Assembly: GCA_902794055.1 (NCBI GenBank)
Contig: CADBGC010000008.1
Coordinates: forward strand, 1 to 54,449
Source of the DNA: an uncultured Eubacteriales bacterium
Lineage (GTDB): Bacteria; Bacillota; Clostridia; Christensenellales; CAG-138
Direction: 5' to 3'
DNA length: 54,449 nucleotides
Shown in pieces: positions 1 through 8,664 of the stretch. Below the pieces are notes generated by a model that was not told the origin of the DNA, searched no databases, and saw only the letters and a program-made list of their open reading frames with translations. How positions within the stretch are numbered: the stretch's first letter is position 1; every line of letters begins with the position of its first letter. The position numbers were made by a program, and so were the translations under genes.

Positions 1-309
1 GGTCAGCGTATCCATATACACGATATGGACGGCGGCGTTCTGCAGCACGTGGGAGGTCCGAATGAAGGAGACCGCGTCTCCGATCGACATATCCTTGCTG
101 TCGATATAGCGCGCCCAGACGTCGCAGATGCGCTGCTCGCCCTCCAGATAGTTCTCGGTGACGTGCTTCATCGTGATTGTGGTGTTCTCGAAATGCTCGA
201 TCTGTATGTCCTTGGCTTTTCGGTTCTCGACGTTGGCGAAGAGGACCACGAAGATCAGCATCGCGATCATAATGCATACGTTGACGACGACGACCCAAGT
301 TCTTTTCAT
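1..309 (-). CDS. 5' part of a membrane-anchored (sensor-like) protein; the gene runs off the window
   Basis: Absent from the ORF track because it is open at the window edge. The reverse-strand ATG at 309..307 reads MKRTWVVVVNVCIMIAMLIFVVLFANVENRKAKDIQIEHFENTT... with no stop down to position 1. It has an N-terminal hydrophobic helix and a purine-rich stretch upstream. Confidence 0.45.
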   Translation of the reverse strand, partial: MKRTWVVVVNVCIMIAMLIFVVLFANVENRKAKDIQIEHFENTTITMKHVTENYLEGEQRICDVWARYIDSKDMSIGDAVSFIRTSHVLQNAAVHIVYMDTLT

Positions 310-481
310 ACTGTTTTCCGCTTCCTTGTCATTCCGTTCACACGCGTATAACGGTTTTTTGGGTTTAAAAGTGAAAAATAAATGAGAGAGGAAGATATAC
401 ACAGTTAGTATAACACAAAAAAACGCAAATTGGAAGAGGTTTTCGTCAATATGAAACAAAAAATGATGAAAATAATAAAAG

Positions 482-514
482 AACGGCGGCGAGCCGACTA
501 TGCGGCTCGCCGTT
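482..514 (-). terminator. Hairpin terminator at the distal end of the tRNA operon
   Basis: Stem GGCGAGCCG (488-496) pairs with CGGCTCGCC (503-511). T-rich tracts flank it on both strands. Confidence 0.5.
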
Positions 515-520
515 ATTCTT

Positions 521-544
521 TTGGTGCGCCCGACAGGAGTTGAA
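521..544 (-). repeat. Orphan copy of the last 24 nt of tRNA-Leu (T-loop to CCA)
   Basis: ttggtgcgcccgacaggagttgaa is identical at 521-544 and 714-737. No complete tRNA can be folded around the 521 copy. Confidence 0.8.
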
Positions 545-671
545 ACGCTGCCCGCGCTCGCGCCGTGTTATGATGAAAGGACCGCTTTCCGAAACGCAAG
601 CGCTTTGACAACCGACGGCTCCGCCGCGCGGTTGTCGGTGCAGGTTCCTTGCACTTTGTTGAACAGACCAA

Positions 672-713
672 ACGAAGAACGGAGAGCCGACTTCGCGGCT
701 CTCCGTTCTTCGT
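672..713 (-). terminator. Perfect 18-bp hairpin abutting the tRNA-Leu 3' end
   Basis: acgaagaacggagagccg (672-689) pairs with cggctctccgttcttcgt (696-713) around a 6-nt loop. Confidence 0.6.
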
Positions 714-714
714 T

Positions 715-797
715 TGGTGCGCCCGACAGGAGTTGAACCTGCACCCATTCGGACCGGAACCTAAATCCGGCGCGTCTGCCAATTCCGCCACGCCCGC
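715..797 (-). tRNA. tRNA-Leu(TAG), long variable arm, CCA encoded
   Basis: The reverse complement GCGGGCGTGGCGGAATTGGCAGACGCGCCGGATTTAGGTTCCGGTCCGAATGGGTGCAGGTTCAACTCCTGTCGGGCGCACCA folds as a class II tRNA with anticodon loop TTTAGGT. As read, the acceptor stem has two G-G mismatches (4:69 and 5:68). Confidence 0.8.
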
Positions 798-816
798 ATT
801 TGCTCTATGGAAGAGC

Positions 817-892
817 TGGTGACCCGTCGGAGATTCGAACTCCGGACACCTTGATTAAAAGTCAAGTGCTCTACCGGCTGAGCTAACGGGTC
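817..892 (-). tRNA. tRNA-Lys(TTT)
   Basis: The reverse complement is GACCCGTTAGCTCAGCCGGTAGAGCACTTGACTTTTAATCAAGGTGTCCGGAGTTCGAATCTCCGACGGGTCACCA. It forms a cloverleaf with anticodon loop CTTTTAA. Confidence 0.95.
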
Positions 893-897
893 AAATC

Positions 898-972
898 TGG
901 CTGGGGTGGCAGGATTTGAACCTACGATGCGGGAGTCAAAGTCCCGTGCCTTGACCACTTGGCGACACCCCA
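898..972 (-). tRNA. tRNA-Gln(TTG)
   Basis: The reverse complement is TGGGGTGTCGCCAAGTGGTCAAGGCACGGGACTTTGACTCCCGCATCGTAGGTTCAAATCCTGCCACCCCAGCCA. The anticodon loop is CTTTGAC. Confidence 0.95.
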
Positions 973-1009
973 ACGGTGACTCCCATTTCGGCGCATGCAG
1001 TTTTAAAAA

Positions 1010-1087
1010 TGGGGTGAGTGGTGGGGCTCGAACCCACGACCTCCAGAGCCACAATCTGGCGCTCTAGCCAACTGAACTACACCCACC
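1010..1087 (-). tRNA. tRNA-His(GTG) with encoded G-1
   Basis: The reverse complement is GGTGGGTGTAGTTCAGTTGGCTAGAGCGCCAGATTGTGGCTCTGGAGGTCGTGGGTTCGAGCCCCACCACTCACCCCA. The anticodon loop is TTGTGGC, and the extra 5' G pairs with C73. Confidence 0.95.
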
Positions 1088-1107
1088 ATATTAAAAACTG
1101 CCGAAAA

Positions 1108-1184
1108 TGGCGCGCCTGCAGGGATTCGAACCCGGGACCTACGGCTTAGAAGGCCGTTGCTCTATCCTGCTGAGCTACAGGCGC
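1108..1184 (-). tRNA. tRNA-Arg(TCT)
   Basis: The reverse complement is GCGCCTGTAGCTCAGCAGGATAGAGCAACGGCCTTCTAAGCCGTAGGTCCCGGGTTCGAATCCCTGCAGGCGCGCCA. The anticodon loop is CTTCTAA. Confidence 0.95.
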
Positions 1185-1215
1185 ACACCGTATATCCTGC
1201 CGCCGACAGATAAAC

Positions 1216-1244
1216 ATTATACCAACACGGTTTCGATTTGTCAA
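1216..1244 (-). promoter_or_regulatory. SigA-type promoter of the tRNA operon
   Basis: On the minus strand: TTGACA (1244-1239), a 17-nt spacer, then TGgTATAAT (-10 at 1221-1216). It lies about 30 nt upstream of tRNA-Arg. Confidence 0.75.
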
Positions 1245-1329
1245 GTTTTCGGAAGTTCAATTTAATGCAATAAACAATATATTTGCAATGCCGCGCACGA
1301 TGCTTTTTGCGCATTTGCCGCTTCGGTAC

Positions 1330-1358
1330 TTGTAAAACCACCTGATTTCGGATATAAT
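1330..1358 (+). promoter_or_regulatory. Putative SigA-type promoter
   Basis: TTGTAA (1330-1335), a 17-nt spacer, then TATAAT (1353-1358), upstream of the CDS at 1405. Confidence 0.6.
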
Positions 1359-1404
1359 TTAACCGTCGGTTTTTAAGTTATCCCCATTAAACAGGAGCAA
1401 AAAT

Positions 1405-3069
1405 ATGAATATTACCGTTAATAAGATCCCTTGCGAATTCGTTGAGGGCAGGACTATACTCGAATATGCTTGCGAGCTTGGGCTGGACAGCGACGAGCTT
1501 TTCAAAAAGCCTTTAGCCGCCATGATAGGCGGAAAAATATACAACCTCGGCTATGCACCCAAGGGCGAATGCAGCATAAGGCTCATCGGCTTTTCAAATG
1601 AATTCGGCAAAAGGGCGTATGATTGCAGCCTTGAATTCATCTTCATGCTTGCCATGCGCAAGCTCTTCCCGAAGCATCGTGCGCTCGTGCAGTATCCGCT
1701 CGGCGAGGGCGTATACGTTCAGATAAAGGGGGAAACGCCCCTGACCGATGAGGACGTTGCGCTTTTAAAAAGCGAGATGCGCACCATAGTGGACAATGCC
1801 TATCCTTTCGTGCGCCGCAGGCTCGATATAAAGACGGCGCTCGAATTCTTCGATAAGGACGGCCAGAGCGACAAGGTCGAGCTTCTCAAATGGCGCAAAT
1901 TCAATTATTTCGACACCTATTCATGCCCCGAATACAGCGATTATATGGACTATTACTACGGCGAGCTGACACCGCATTCGGGTTATATACGCGTGTTCGA
2001 CCTTCACCGTCTCGGCGATGCGCTCGTTATGCTTCTTCCCTCCAAGGAGGATCCGTCGAGGCCTGCTGAATACGAAGAAAGCCCGCGCATGCTTGCTGTT
2101 TTCAAGCAGACTGACGATTGGGGCCGCCTTATGACCGCTTCGACCGTGCATGAGCTGAACCGCCGCGTGGAGAACGGCTCCATACGGGAGCTTGTGCGCG
2201 TAAACGAAGCTCTGCACGAGAAAAACTACAGCCGCATCGCCGATGAGATAATCGAACGGGGAGCGAAGGCCATCATGATCGCGGGTCCGTCGTCCTCGGG
2301 AAAAACGACCTCGGCAAACCGTATCGCAACTCAGCTTCGTGCGGATGGGCTCGATCCCATCATGCTTTCGCTCGACGATTACTATATCGACCGCGACAAG
2401 ATGGAAAGGGACAAGAACGGAGAGCTGGATCTTGAGCATATAAACGCGCTCGATACTGATAGATTCGTAAAGGATCTTCGCATCCTGCTTTCGGGCGGAG
2501 AGGCGGAGATACCGCAATTCAGCTTCATAAACCAAAGGCGCGATGGCTTCGTGCCGCTGAAGCTTTCAAAGGATCAGCCGCTTATAATCGAGGGTATCCA
2601 CGGCCTCAACCCCCTTATGCTCGGAGACATCGATCCGAGCAGCGTTTTCCGCATCTACGTTTCGGCGCTGCCCACCATGAATCTGGACGACCACAACCGC
2701 ATCCACACCTCCGATCTGCGCCTGCTTCGCCGCCTTGTGCGCGACCACGCCAACCGCGGCGCGAGCATGGAGCACACCATCGGCATGTGGCCGAGCGTTC
2801 GCCGAGGCGAGGCGCGTTGGATCTTCCCGTACCAGGAGAATGCGGACAGGATCATAAACACCACGCTGCACTACGAGCTTTCGGTGATGAAAAAATACAT
2901 CTTCCCGCTGCTGCTCGAGGTTAAGCCCGAGAGCGAGCATTACTGCGCCGCAAGGGCGATACTGAAGTATCTGAACTACGTGCTCGAGGCCGATATTGAG
3001 GACGAGATACCGCCCACCTCGGTGCTGCGCGAGTTCATCGGAGGAAACACCTTCTACCGCAAGAGCTGA
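1405..3069 (+). CDS. Uridine kinase / phosphoribulokinase-family P-loop ATPase with an extended N-terminal domain (554 aa)
   Basis: Intact ORF with an AGGAG RBS. Walker A motif IAGPSSSGKTT, and a C-terminal half typical of the uridine-kinase family. The antisense ORFs inside it are rejected. Confidence 0.8.
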   Translation: MNITVNKIPCEFVEGRTILEYACELGLDSDELFKKPLAAMIGGKIYNLGYAPKGECSIRLIGFSNEFGKRAYDCSLEFIFMLAMRKLFPKHRALVQYPLGEGVYVQIKGETPLTDEDVALLKSEMRTIVDNAYPFVRRRLDIKTALEFFDKDGQSDKVELLKWRKFNYFDTYSCPEYSDYMDYYYGELTPHSGYIRVFDLHRLGDALVMLLPSKEDPSRPAEYEESPRMLAVFKQTDDWGRLMTASTVHELNRRVENGSIRELVRVNEALHEKNYSRIADEIIERGAKAIMIAGPSSSGKTTSANRIATQLRADGLDPIMLSLDDYYIDRDKMERDKNGELDLEHINALDTDRFVKDLRILLSGGEAEIPQFSFINQRRDGFVPLKLSKDQPLIIEGIHGLNPLMLGDIDPSSVFRIYVSALPTMNLDDHNRIHTSDLRLLRRLVRDHANRGASMEHTIGMWPSVRRGEARWIFPYQENADRIINTTLHYELSVMKKYIFPLLLEVKPESEHYCAARAILKYLNYVLEADIEDEIPPTSVLREFIGGNTFYRKS

Positions 3070-3103
3070 CGGAGGCGGCTTTCATTGGTGTAACAATTAT
3101 AAA

Positions 3104-4657
3104 ATGAAATCTGCTGAGAATAAAAAAGTGAATATGAAAAAGCGGAGCGGACTGCTGCGGTTCGCTCTTGCTTTGCTGATAGCGCTTGCATTTTTGAGCG
3201 TTTTCTCAAAGAATTCGTTTCTGTATCCGATGAACGATTGGGTGGATGCGAACTGCTTTTTTACTGCAGCACGCTCCATGCTGGACGGCAAGGTGCTGTA
3301 TCTTGATATATGCGAGCAGAAGGGTCCCGTTGTCTACTTCGTTTTTGCGCTGGCGGCGCTCGTTTCGCGAACGAGCTTCATAGGAGTTTTCTTTATCGAG
3401 GTGCTGAGCTTTGCGGCGTTTCTCTATGCGGGCGATGCTTGCGTGCGGCTGTATCGCCCAAAGCTTGCGCTTTCTTCATCGGCCGGAGTTATGGTGCTCG
3501 TTTCGTTTGCGATCACAACGGCGCTGTCATTCTCGCATGGCGGAAGCGTTGAGGAATTGAGCCTTTTCATGCTTGCGTTCTCGCTGCTTTTTGTTCTGCG
3601 CGCAGTAAAAACAAATGCGGAAGTGAAGAATGCGGAAGCGGCGCTGATTGGCATGTTCGCAGGTGCGGCGCTTTGGAGCAAATTCACAATTTTGGGCTTC
3701 TATCTTGGCCTTTGCGTGTTCACAGCCGTCTATATGATAAGGCGTGGGGCGCTTTCTCTGCTTGTTAAAAACGCAGCTGCATTCAGCCTCGGCTTCTGCG
3801 CGGCCACTGCGCCGGTTTTGATCTATTTGTTCTTAAACGGCGCTTTCGGCGCGATGGCGGAAACATATTTTTACAACAATATCTTCCTTTATCCGAGCAG
3901 GGTAGGCGAGAGCACCGTTTTGAAGCTGCTTTCTCCGGCTGTCAATATGCTCAAAGGTGCAGCCGCCTCTTTGGTTACGAACGGACTTTGCACGGTGCTG
4001 CTTGCTTTCGGAGCATACCGCCTTATAAGGCGTGGAAAAACACATCCGAATGAAGCGCTTGCGGTTTGGTTCTCGGTTGTCCCGCTTGCCGCAGCCTCTT
4101 TTTTCGGCGGCAAGCTCTTTGCTCCGTACTATGCGCTGATAATGGTATTCTGCGCTCCGCTTGGCGCAGCGGCAATGCTGAATCATATCAAAGAACGCGC
4201 AAAAAAAACGCGCAGAGCCGTGCCGAGGGCTTCCCGCGTTGTGCTGATGGCGGCGGTGCTGATACTAATCGGTATGCCGCTCAGCCGCAACACAAGGCTG
4301 CTTCTTTATAAAAAGACCGATATGCCTCAGTATAGGTTCGCAGAGGTGATAGCCAAAAGGGAGGGCGCAACGCTGCTGAACTATGGCTTTTTGGACGGCG
4401 GCTTCTATTTTGCTGCGCAAAAAAACCCGTCCTGCAAGTACTTTTGCGAGCTAAATATAGAGCTGGACGAAATGCTCGCAGAGCAAAGGCGAATGATAGA
4501 GATGCGCGAAGTCGACTTCGTGGTAACTCGCGGAAATACGCTCGATGAAAGAGGGATCGACCATTCGGGATACCGACTTTTGCGCGTTTCAAGCTTTCCC
4601 TTCGAGAGCAGATACTTCGCATATCATCTCTACGAGCGGATAGAGAACGGGGATTGA
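3104..4657 (+). CDS. Polytopic membrane protein, ArnT/PMT-like (GT39-like) glycosyltransferase candidate
   Basis: Many hydrophobic helices and an N-terminus KKRSGLLRFALALLIALAFLSVF...DWVDANCFF. The track start at 2996 overlaps the previous gene, so an internal ATG at 3104 (or 3134) is preferred. Confidence 0.65.
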   Translation: MKSAENKKVNMKKRSGLLRFALALLIALAFLSVFSKNSFLYPMNDWVDANCFFTAARSMLDGKVLYLDICEQKGPVVYFVFALAALVSRTSFIGVFFIEVLSFAAFLYAGDACVRLYRPKLALSSSAGVMVLVSFAITTALSFSHGGSVEELSLFMLAFSLLFVLRAVKTNAEVKNAEAALIGMFAGAALWSKFTILGFYLGLCVFTAVYMIRRGALSLLVKNAAAFSLGFCAATAPVLIYLFLNGAFGAMAETYFYNNIFLYPSRVGESTVLKLLSPAVNMLKGAAASLVTNGLCTVLLAFGAYRLIRRGKTHPNEALAVWFSVVPLAAASFFGGKLFAPYYALIMVFCAPLGAAAMLNHIKERAKKTRRAVPRASRVVLMAAVLILIGMPLSRNTRLLLYKKTDMPQYRFAEVIAKREGATLLNYGFLDGGFYFAAQKNPSCKYFCELNIELDEMLAEQRRMIEMREVDFVVTRGNTLDERGIDHSGYRLLRVSSFPFESRYFAYHLYERIENGD

Positions 4658-4692
4658 GCGCAAACGATAGGCAAGGCGGAGGCTGAAAAGCC

Positions 4693-5763
4693 TCAGCCGG
4701 CTGCTCCGCACAGGATCCGCGGCAGCTCGTTTTTTGGCGTGAAAAACTCAAGCTCGATCCCCGTGTAGTAATGCTTGAGTATGGTCTCAAAATCCGCGCC
4801 CTCCTTTGCCATGGCGTTCGCCCCGCATTGGCTCATGCCAACGCCGTGTCCGAAGCCCAAGCAGGATATCTCGACCGTGTCGCCCTCGATATCGAACTCA
4901 ACGTTCGTGCTCTTCAGCGAGAGCGCATTGCGAAGCTGCTGCCCGCTGACCACGGTGCCGCCGAGACGAATGAGCGAAACGCGCCCGCTGTCCGTGCGCT
5001 GCCAAACCTCAACGTCCGTCGAAGGCTCCTTCATTTCGGCATCGGGGAAGGCGGCGTTTATTCTTTCGTTGAATTCGCTCTTGGTGAAGCATACCGTGCT
5101 GCGGTATTCGGGCGAATCCTCCTCTCCTGCGCTCTCCACCGAAACGAGATAGGGCAGGGCAACGGCGAATACCGCTTCGCAGTTCTCCGTTCTTCCGCCC
5201 GAGGACGAATGATACAGCGCTGTCACAAGCTCTCCCTCGCTCATCATCACCATATCCTCGGTGCTGTCCACCGCTTTGCAGATCTTCCCGTATCTTTCCT
5301 CGAATCTATCGCCCCAGTTTTTTTTCATCCGCTCAACGCTTATATAAGCCTGGCAGCAGCGGTGATCGGTGCATATCGTGTGACCGCTCTTGCAGCGAAG
5401 CTCGCCCGTTATATGCTTGAGCGTGAACGTGCGCGCCGCGACCGCCTGCGCCTTTAGCGCCTCGATGCCGTAGCCTGCGGGCATCTCCGCCGCCGTTACG
5501 CCCACAAGATAATCCCGCAGAGTCATAGCAAGCACCTTTTCGCCGTCGAAAACGCCTATTCGCGCCTCTGCGTTCGCCGTTTTCGGCTCATTCGTTCCGA
5601 TAAGATCGAGTCCCCTGGTGATATTTGGGCTCAGATCCAAATAAGGAAGGCTTTTCGGCGCGGCGGAGCCCTCCTTGTGCGGAATAAAATGCGCAAGAGC
5701 CGATGCGGCAATGACAATAAACGCCAATGCCCGTACAAGTTTTGAGTGCATGGAATTCTTCAT
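4693..5763 (-). CDS. spoIID: Stage II sporulation protein D (SpoIID/LytB-domain lytic transglycosylase)
   Basis: N-terminal signal/anchor, with conserved blocks AQAVAARTF, HSSSGGRTE and GHGVGMSQCGA. Confidence 0.9.
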   Translation of the reverse strand: MKNSMHSKLVRALAFIVIAASALAHFIPHKEGSAAPKSLPYLDLSPNITRGLDLIGTNEPKTANAEARIGVFDGEKVLAMTLRDYLVGVTAAEMPAGYGIEALKAQAVAARTFTLKHITGELRCKSGHTICTDHRCCQAYISVERMKKNWGDRFEERYGKICKAVDSTEDMVMMSEGELVTALYHSSSGGRTENCEAVFAVALPYLVSVESAGEEDSPEYRSTVCFTKSEFNERINAAFPDAEMKEPSTDVEVWQRTDSGRVSLIRLGGTVVSGQQLRNALSLKSTNVEFDIEGDTVEISCLGFGHGVGMSQCGANAMAKEGADFETILKHYYTGIELEFFTPKNELPRILCGAAG

Positions 5764-5821
5764 GCTGAATGTTATGAGTACGATGTCATAATAATGCCAT
5801 TTTCCCGTACTCGAAAATACA

Positions 5822-5850
5822 TTGAATAAGCGGGGGTATCGCGGTATAAT
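5822..5850 (+). promoter_or_regulatory. Putative SigA-type promoter of the nfeD-floA operon
   Basis: TTGAAT (5822-5827), a 17-nt spacer, then TATAAT (5845-5850). Confidence 0.6.
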
Positions 5851-5895
5851 ATAACAAAACGGGTGATTACCCGAAAGCAGCGAGGTGAACAGTAT

Positions 5896-6456
5896 ATGCT
5901 TTTTATTAATCTTGCCGCAGCAGCGGGGCAGATATCAAGCGAGGCCGGCTTCTTTACGGAATGGCTGCATGGCATGAACATCGGCGGCGTTATCCTACTG
6001 TTGGTGGGCATTGCGCTGATCGTAGTTGAAATGGTCATCCCCGGCTTTGGCATCGCGGGTCTTTCGGGAAGCGCGGCGGTCGTTGCGGGTCTCATCGTAA
6101 GCTCCAAGAGCTTCGGTGCGGCGATGTTCACGCTGGCAATAGTCGTGCTTCTGCTTTGTATAGCGGCGCTGATAGTGTTTAAAGTCGTTTTCGGAAAGGG
6201 AAGGAAAAACTCCAAGCTGGTTCTGAACGACAGCATCACAAGCGGCTCCACCGATATTTCCGCGCTCGATGCGAAGGAGATGATCGGCAAGGAAGGTACC
6301 ACGCTGACGGCGCTTCGTCCCTCCGGCATCGCAATGATCAACGGCAGGCGACTCGACGTGCTCGCAGAGGGCGAATACATTGAAAAGGGCGAACCCGTCA
6401 AGGTATCCGCTATTCAGGGTCTTCGTATAAGCGTTGTTAAGAATACCGGCAAATGA
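5896..6456 (+). CDS. NfeD-family membrane protein
   Basis: Hydrophobic N-terminal half plus a C-terminal OB-like tail (GKEGTTLTALRPSGIAMINGRRLDVLAEGEYIEKGEPVKV). The ATG at 5896 has a GAGGTG RBS, whereas the track start at 5863 is a GTG. The arrangement nfeD, small ORF, floA matches the Bacillus yqeZ-yqfA locus. Confidence 0.8.
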   Translation: MLFINLAAAAGQISSEAGFFTEWLHGMNIGGVILLLVGIALIVVEMVIPGFGIAGLSGSAAVVAGLIVSSKSFGAAMFTLAIVVLLLCIAALIVFKVVFGKGRKNSKLVLNDSITSGSTDISALDAKEMIGKEGTTLTALRPSGIAMINGRRLDVLAEGEYIEKGEPVKVSAIQGLRISVVKNTGK

Positions 6457-6671
6457 CGGAGAATAATTCATACGAAAAAAAGCGCGAACGCTTCATGAAA
6501 AGCGGCTACTACGATGCGAGCGACGTGATCGAGGCGGCGGATAAGGCATACGATCAAAGCCTCGATGAAGCCGAACTCAAAAAGCGCCGCATCAGGGACT
6601 GGATATTCATTGTCATCGGCGTTCCCGCATTCATTGCGTTCATGTATCTCATCGTTATGATCTTCCGCTGA
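6453..6671 (+). CDS. Small membrane protein (72 aa, C-terminal TM helix)
   Basis: ATGA start/stop overlap with nfeD. Single TM helix WIFIVIGVPAFIAFMYLIVMIF. Confidence 0.6.
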   Translation: MTENNSYEKKRERFMKSGYYDASDVIEAADKAYDQSLDEAELKKRRIRDWIFIVIGVPAFIAFMYLIVMIFR

Positions 6672-6731
6672 AGGATATCGGCGGAGTTCAATAGAAATCA
6701 TAAGCCAATATTATTTGGGAAAGGAAAAACT

Positions 6732-7712
6732 ATGGATCCGATCGTAGTCGTTGGCATTATAATTGCCGCAATCATCTTCCTCATCTTCTTCTTCACCTTC
6801 GTGCCCGTGGGTCTCGCGATCAAGGCGAAGGCTTCGGGCGTTAAGGTGGGCCTGTTGCAGCTCATCGGTATGCGCATCCGCAAGGTCAACCCGCATAAGA
6901 TCCTCGAGCCCCTCATCAAGGCCACCAAGGCGGGTCTCGACCTCAACGTAAACAAGATGGAAGCGCACTACATGGCGGGCGGTAATCTCGACCGCGTTGT
7001 AAACGCCCTTATCGCGGCTCAGCGCGCGGGCATCCCCCTCGATTTTGAAAGCTCCAGCGCCATCGACCTTGCGGGTCGTGACGTGCTTACCGCTGTTCAG
7101 ATGAGTGTCAGCCCCAAGGTCATCGAAACCCCGATCATCGCGGCCATTGCGAAGGACGGCATCGAGCTGCGCGCCAAGGCAAAGGTCACCGTTCGCGTGA
7201 ACGTAGACCGTCTCGTTGGCGGTGCGGGCGAGGAAACCATCATCGCCCGTGTTGGCGAGGGCATTGTTACCACCATCGGCTCATCTCAGAGCCATAAGGA
7301 CGTGCTCGAAAATCCCGATTCCATCTCCCAGACCGTTCTTGGCAAGGGTCTTGACAGCGGCACCGCGTTTGAGATCCTCTCCATCGATATTGCGGACGTG
7401 GACGTTGGCGTAAACGTCGGCGCAAAGCTGCAGATCGACCAGGCGGAGGCGGATAAGCGCATCGCTCAGGCGAAGGCAGAGGAGCGCCGCGCAATGGCGG
7501 TTGCTCAGGAGCAGGAGAACAAGGCGGAGGTACAGGGCATGCGCGCCCGCGTTATCGAGGCCGAGGCTCAGGTTCCTCTTGCGATGGCGGAGGCGTTCAG
7601 AAACGGCAATCTCGGCATCATGGACTACTATAAAATGAAGAACATGATGGCCGATACCGAGATGCGCGAGTCCATCGGCAAGACCACCGGCGGCGAAAAC
7701 GGCAACAAATAA
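6732..7712 (+). CDS. floA: Flotillin-like protein FloA (UPF0365 / YqfA family)
   Basis: N-terminal TM helix, an SPFH-like body and a C-terminal EA-rich coiled region ([25 protein letters not shown]). GGAAAGGAAAAA RBS. Confidence 0.9.
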   Translation: MDPIVVVGIIIAAIIFLIFFFTFVPVGLAIKAKASGVKVGLLQLIGMRIRKVNPHKILEPLIKATKAGLDLNVNKMEAHYMAGGNLDRVVNALIAAQRAGIPLDFESSSAIDLAGRDVLTAVQMSVSPKVIETPIIAAIAKDGIELRAKAKVTVRVNVDRLVGGAGEETIIARVGEGIVTTIGSSQSHKDVLENPDSISQTVLGKGLDSGTAFEILSIDIADVDVGVNVGAKLQIDQAEADKRIAQAKAEERRAMAVAQEQENKAEVQGMRARVIEAEAQVPLAMAEAFRNGNLGIMDYYKMKNMMADTEMRESIGKTTGGENGNK

Positions 7713-7743
7713 TCTGCGCGCCGAAACTACCGTATGAAAGGGG

Positions 7744-8409
7744 GTGCCGCATTTGGAAGGCATTATAATCTTCTTTGTGATAGTGTCCGTCATTACTTCG
7801 ATAGCCAATGCGGCCAAAAAGGCTCAGCAAAACGGCGGTGATCAGCGCGGCGTATCTTCTTCGGGTGCAAATGGTGCTTCAAGACAGGGCGCATATACCG
7901 GCTCTGTCACGAGCGATCAGCGTGCGAGGCTGGAGCAGCTTCGGAGAATGCAGCAGCAGCGGCAGCAGGAGCAGAGGCAGTCCGCCAACTCTCCAAGCGC
8001 AAAGCCCGCCGCTTTTGCAGCCGAGAAGCCGGTTTATCCTCATGATACCGAGGATTGCGGAGGCGGAAGCATCCATGACGGCTATCACGAGGGCGGTGTT
8101 CGCAGACCCGCTCCCGCTTCGAGCGCGGAGGGCAGTGTCGGCAGACAGGGCGTTCTCGAGAGGGAAGGCCGCGGCGCTTCCGATCTGTATAAAAAGGATC
8201 GCAGCGAAAGAAAAACCGCAAGTGCGGCGGATATCCCCGCTGCAAAGCAGCCCATGCCCGCAAGCACGGATGCCGTGAGCGCTCCGATCGATCCGGAGCC
8301 GAGCGGAGCCGAAAAGCTCTCCAAGGCGATTTCGGATAAGCCCGCCATCGTGCAGGGGCTCATCTGGAGCGAGGTGCTCGGAAGACCGCTTTCGGACAGC
8401 CGACAATAA
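7744..8409 (+). CDS. Hypothetical membrane-anchored low-complexity protein (Q/R/A/S-rich)
   Basis: N-terminal TM helix (IIIFFVIVSVITSIANA) followed by a disordered-looking sequence. The start may be GTG 7744 or TTG 7753, each after AAAGGGGG. The antisense ORFs are rejected. Confidence 0.55.
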   Translation: MPHLEGIIIFFVIVSVITSIANAAKKAQQNGGDQRGVSSSGANGASRQGAYTGSVTSDQRARLEQLRRMQQQRQQEQRQSANSPSAKPAAFAAEKPVYPHDTEDCGGGSIHDGYHEGGVRRPAPASSAEGSVGRQGVLEREGRGASDLYKKDRSERKTASAADIPAAKQPMPASTDAVSAPIDPEPSGAEKLSKAISDKPAIVQGLIWSEVLGRPLSDSRQ

Positions 8410-8448
8410 GCAGGCAGCTTATAAATTTGGGTTTCAGTTTATAGACAA

Positions 8449-8474
8449 AAGCGTTTCGAAAGGAACGCTTTTAT
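8449..8474 (+). terminator. Rho-independent terminator
   Basis: AAGCGTTTC-GAAA-GGAACGCTT followed by TTTTAT. Confidence 0.65.
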
Positions 8475-8547
8475 CGTATGCAATCTTTTTGCAGGCAAAA
8501 GCTTTTGGATATTAATTTTCAAGCAAAGTATATTATGCGAAATAATA

Positions 8548-8576
8548 TTGACCGAGTCGGCAAAAAATGTTATAGT
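8548..8576 (+). promoter_or_regulatory. Putative SigA-type promoter
   Basis: TTGACC (8548-8553), a 17-nt spacer, then TATAGT (8571-8576). Confidence 0.6.
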
Positions 8577-8664
8577 TCCTTATAATTGCAGTAAATATCG
8601 GCTATGTGCCGAAAGCGCAATGAGGATTCGCAGGATCCGCCGCTGCAAACGGAGGTATATCTTA

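Noticed and set aside
521-713. Possibility that the segment ending in the duplicated tRNA 3' end is a tmRNA, a tRNA-Sec or an intron-containing tRNA
   Set aside because: No 5' sequence complementary to the CGGGCGC acceptor strand (GCGCCCG) exists upstream. The T-stem is not formed in the 521 copy. At about 190 nt the segment is too short for a tmRNA, and no UCA anticodon stem-loop could be drawn.
446-1054. Three track ORFs (446-748, 513-791, 761-1054, all minus strand) spanning the tRNA region
   Set aside because: They run straight through five well-folding tRNA genes and two terminator hairpins. Their Arg/Pro/Ser-rich translations look like non-coding read-through.
2996-3103. 108-nt N-terminal extension of the membrane glycosyltransferase-like ORF
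   Set aside because: It overlaps the end of the preceding kinase gene and encodes an Arg/Cys/Ser-rich peptide. The hydrophobic protein begins sensibly at ATG 3104 or 3134.
4671-4698. Small GAGGCT-gaaa-AGCCTC hairpin between the convergent GT39-like and spoIID genes, as a possible terminator
   Set aside because: The stem is only 6 bp, there is no T-run, and it overlaps the spoIID stop codon. This is too weak to annotate.
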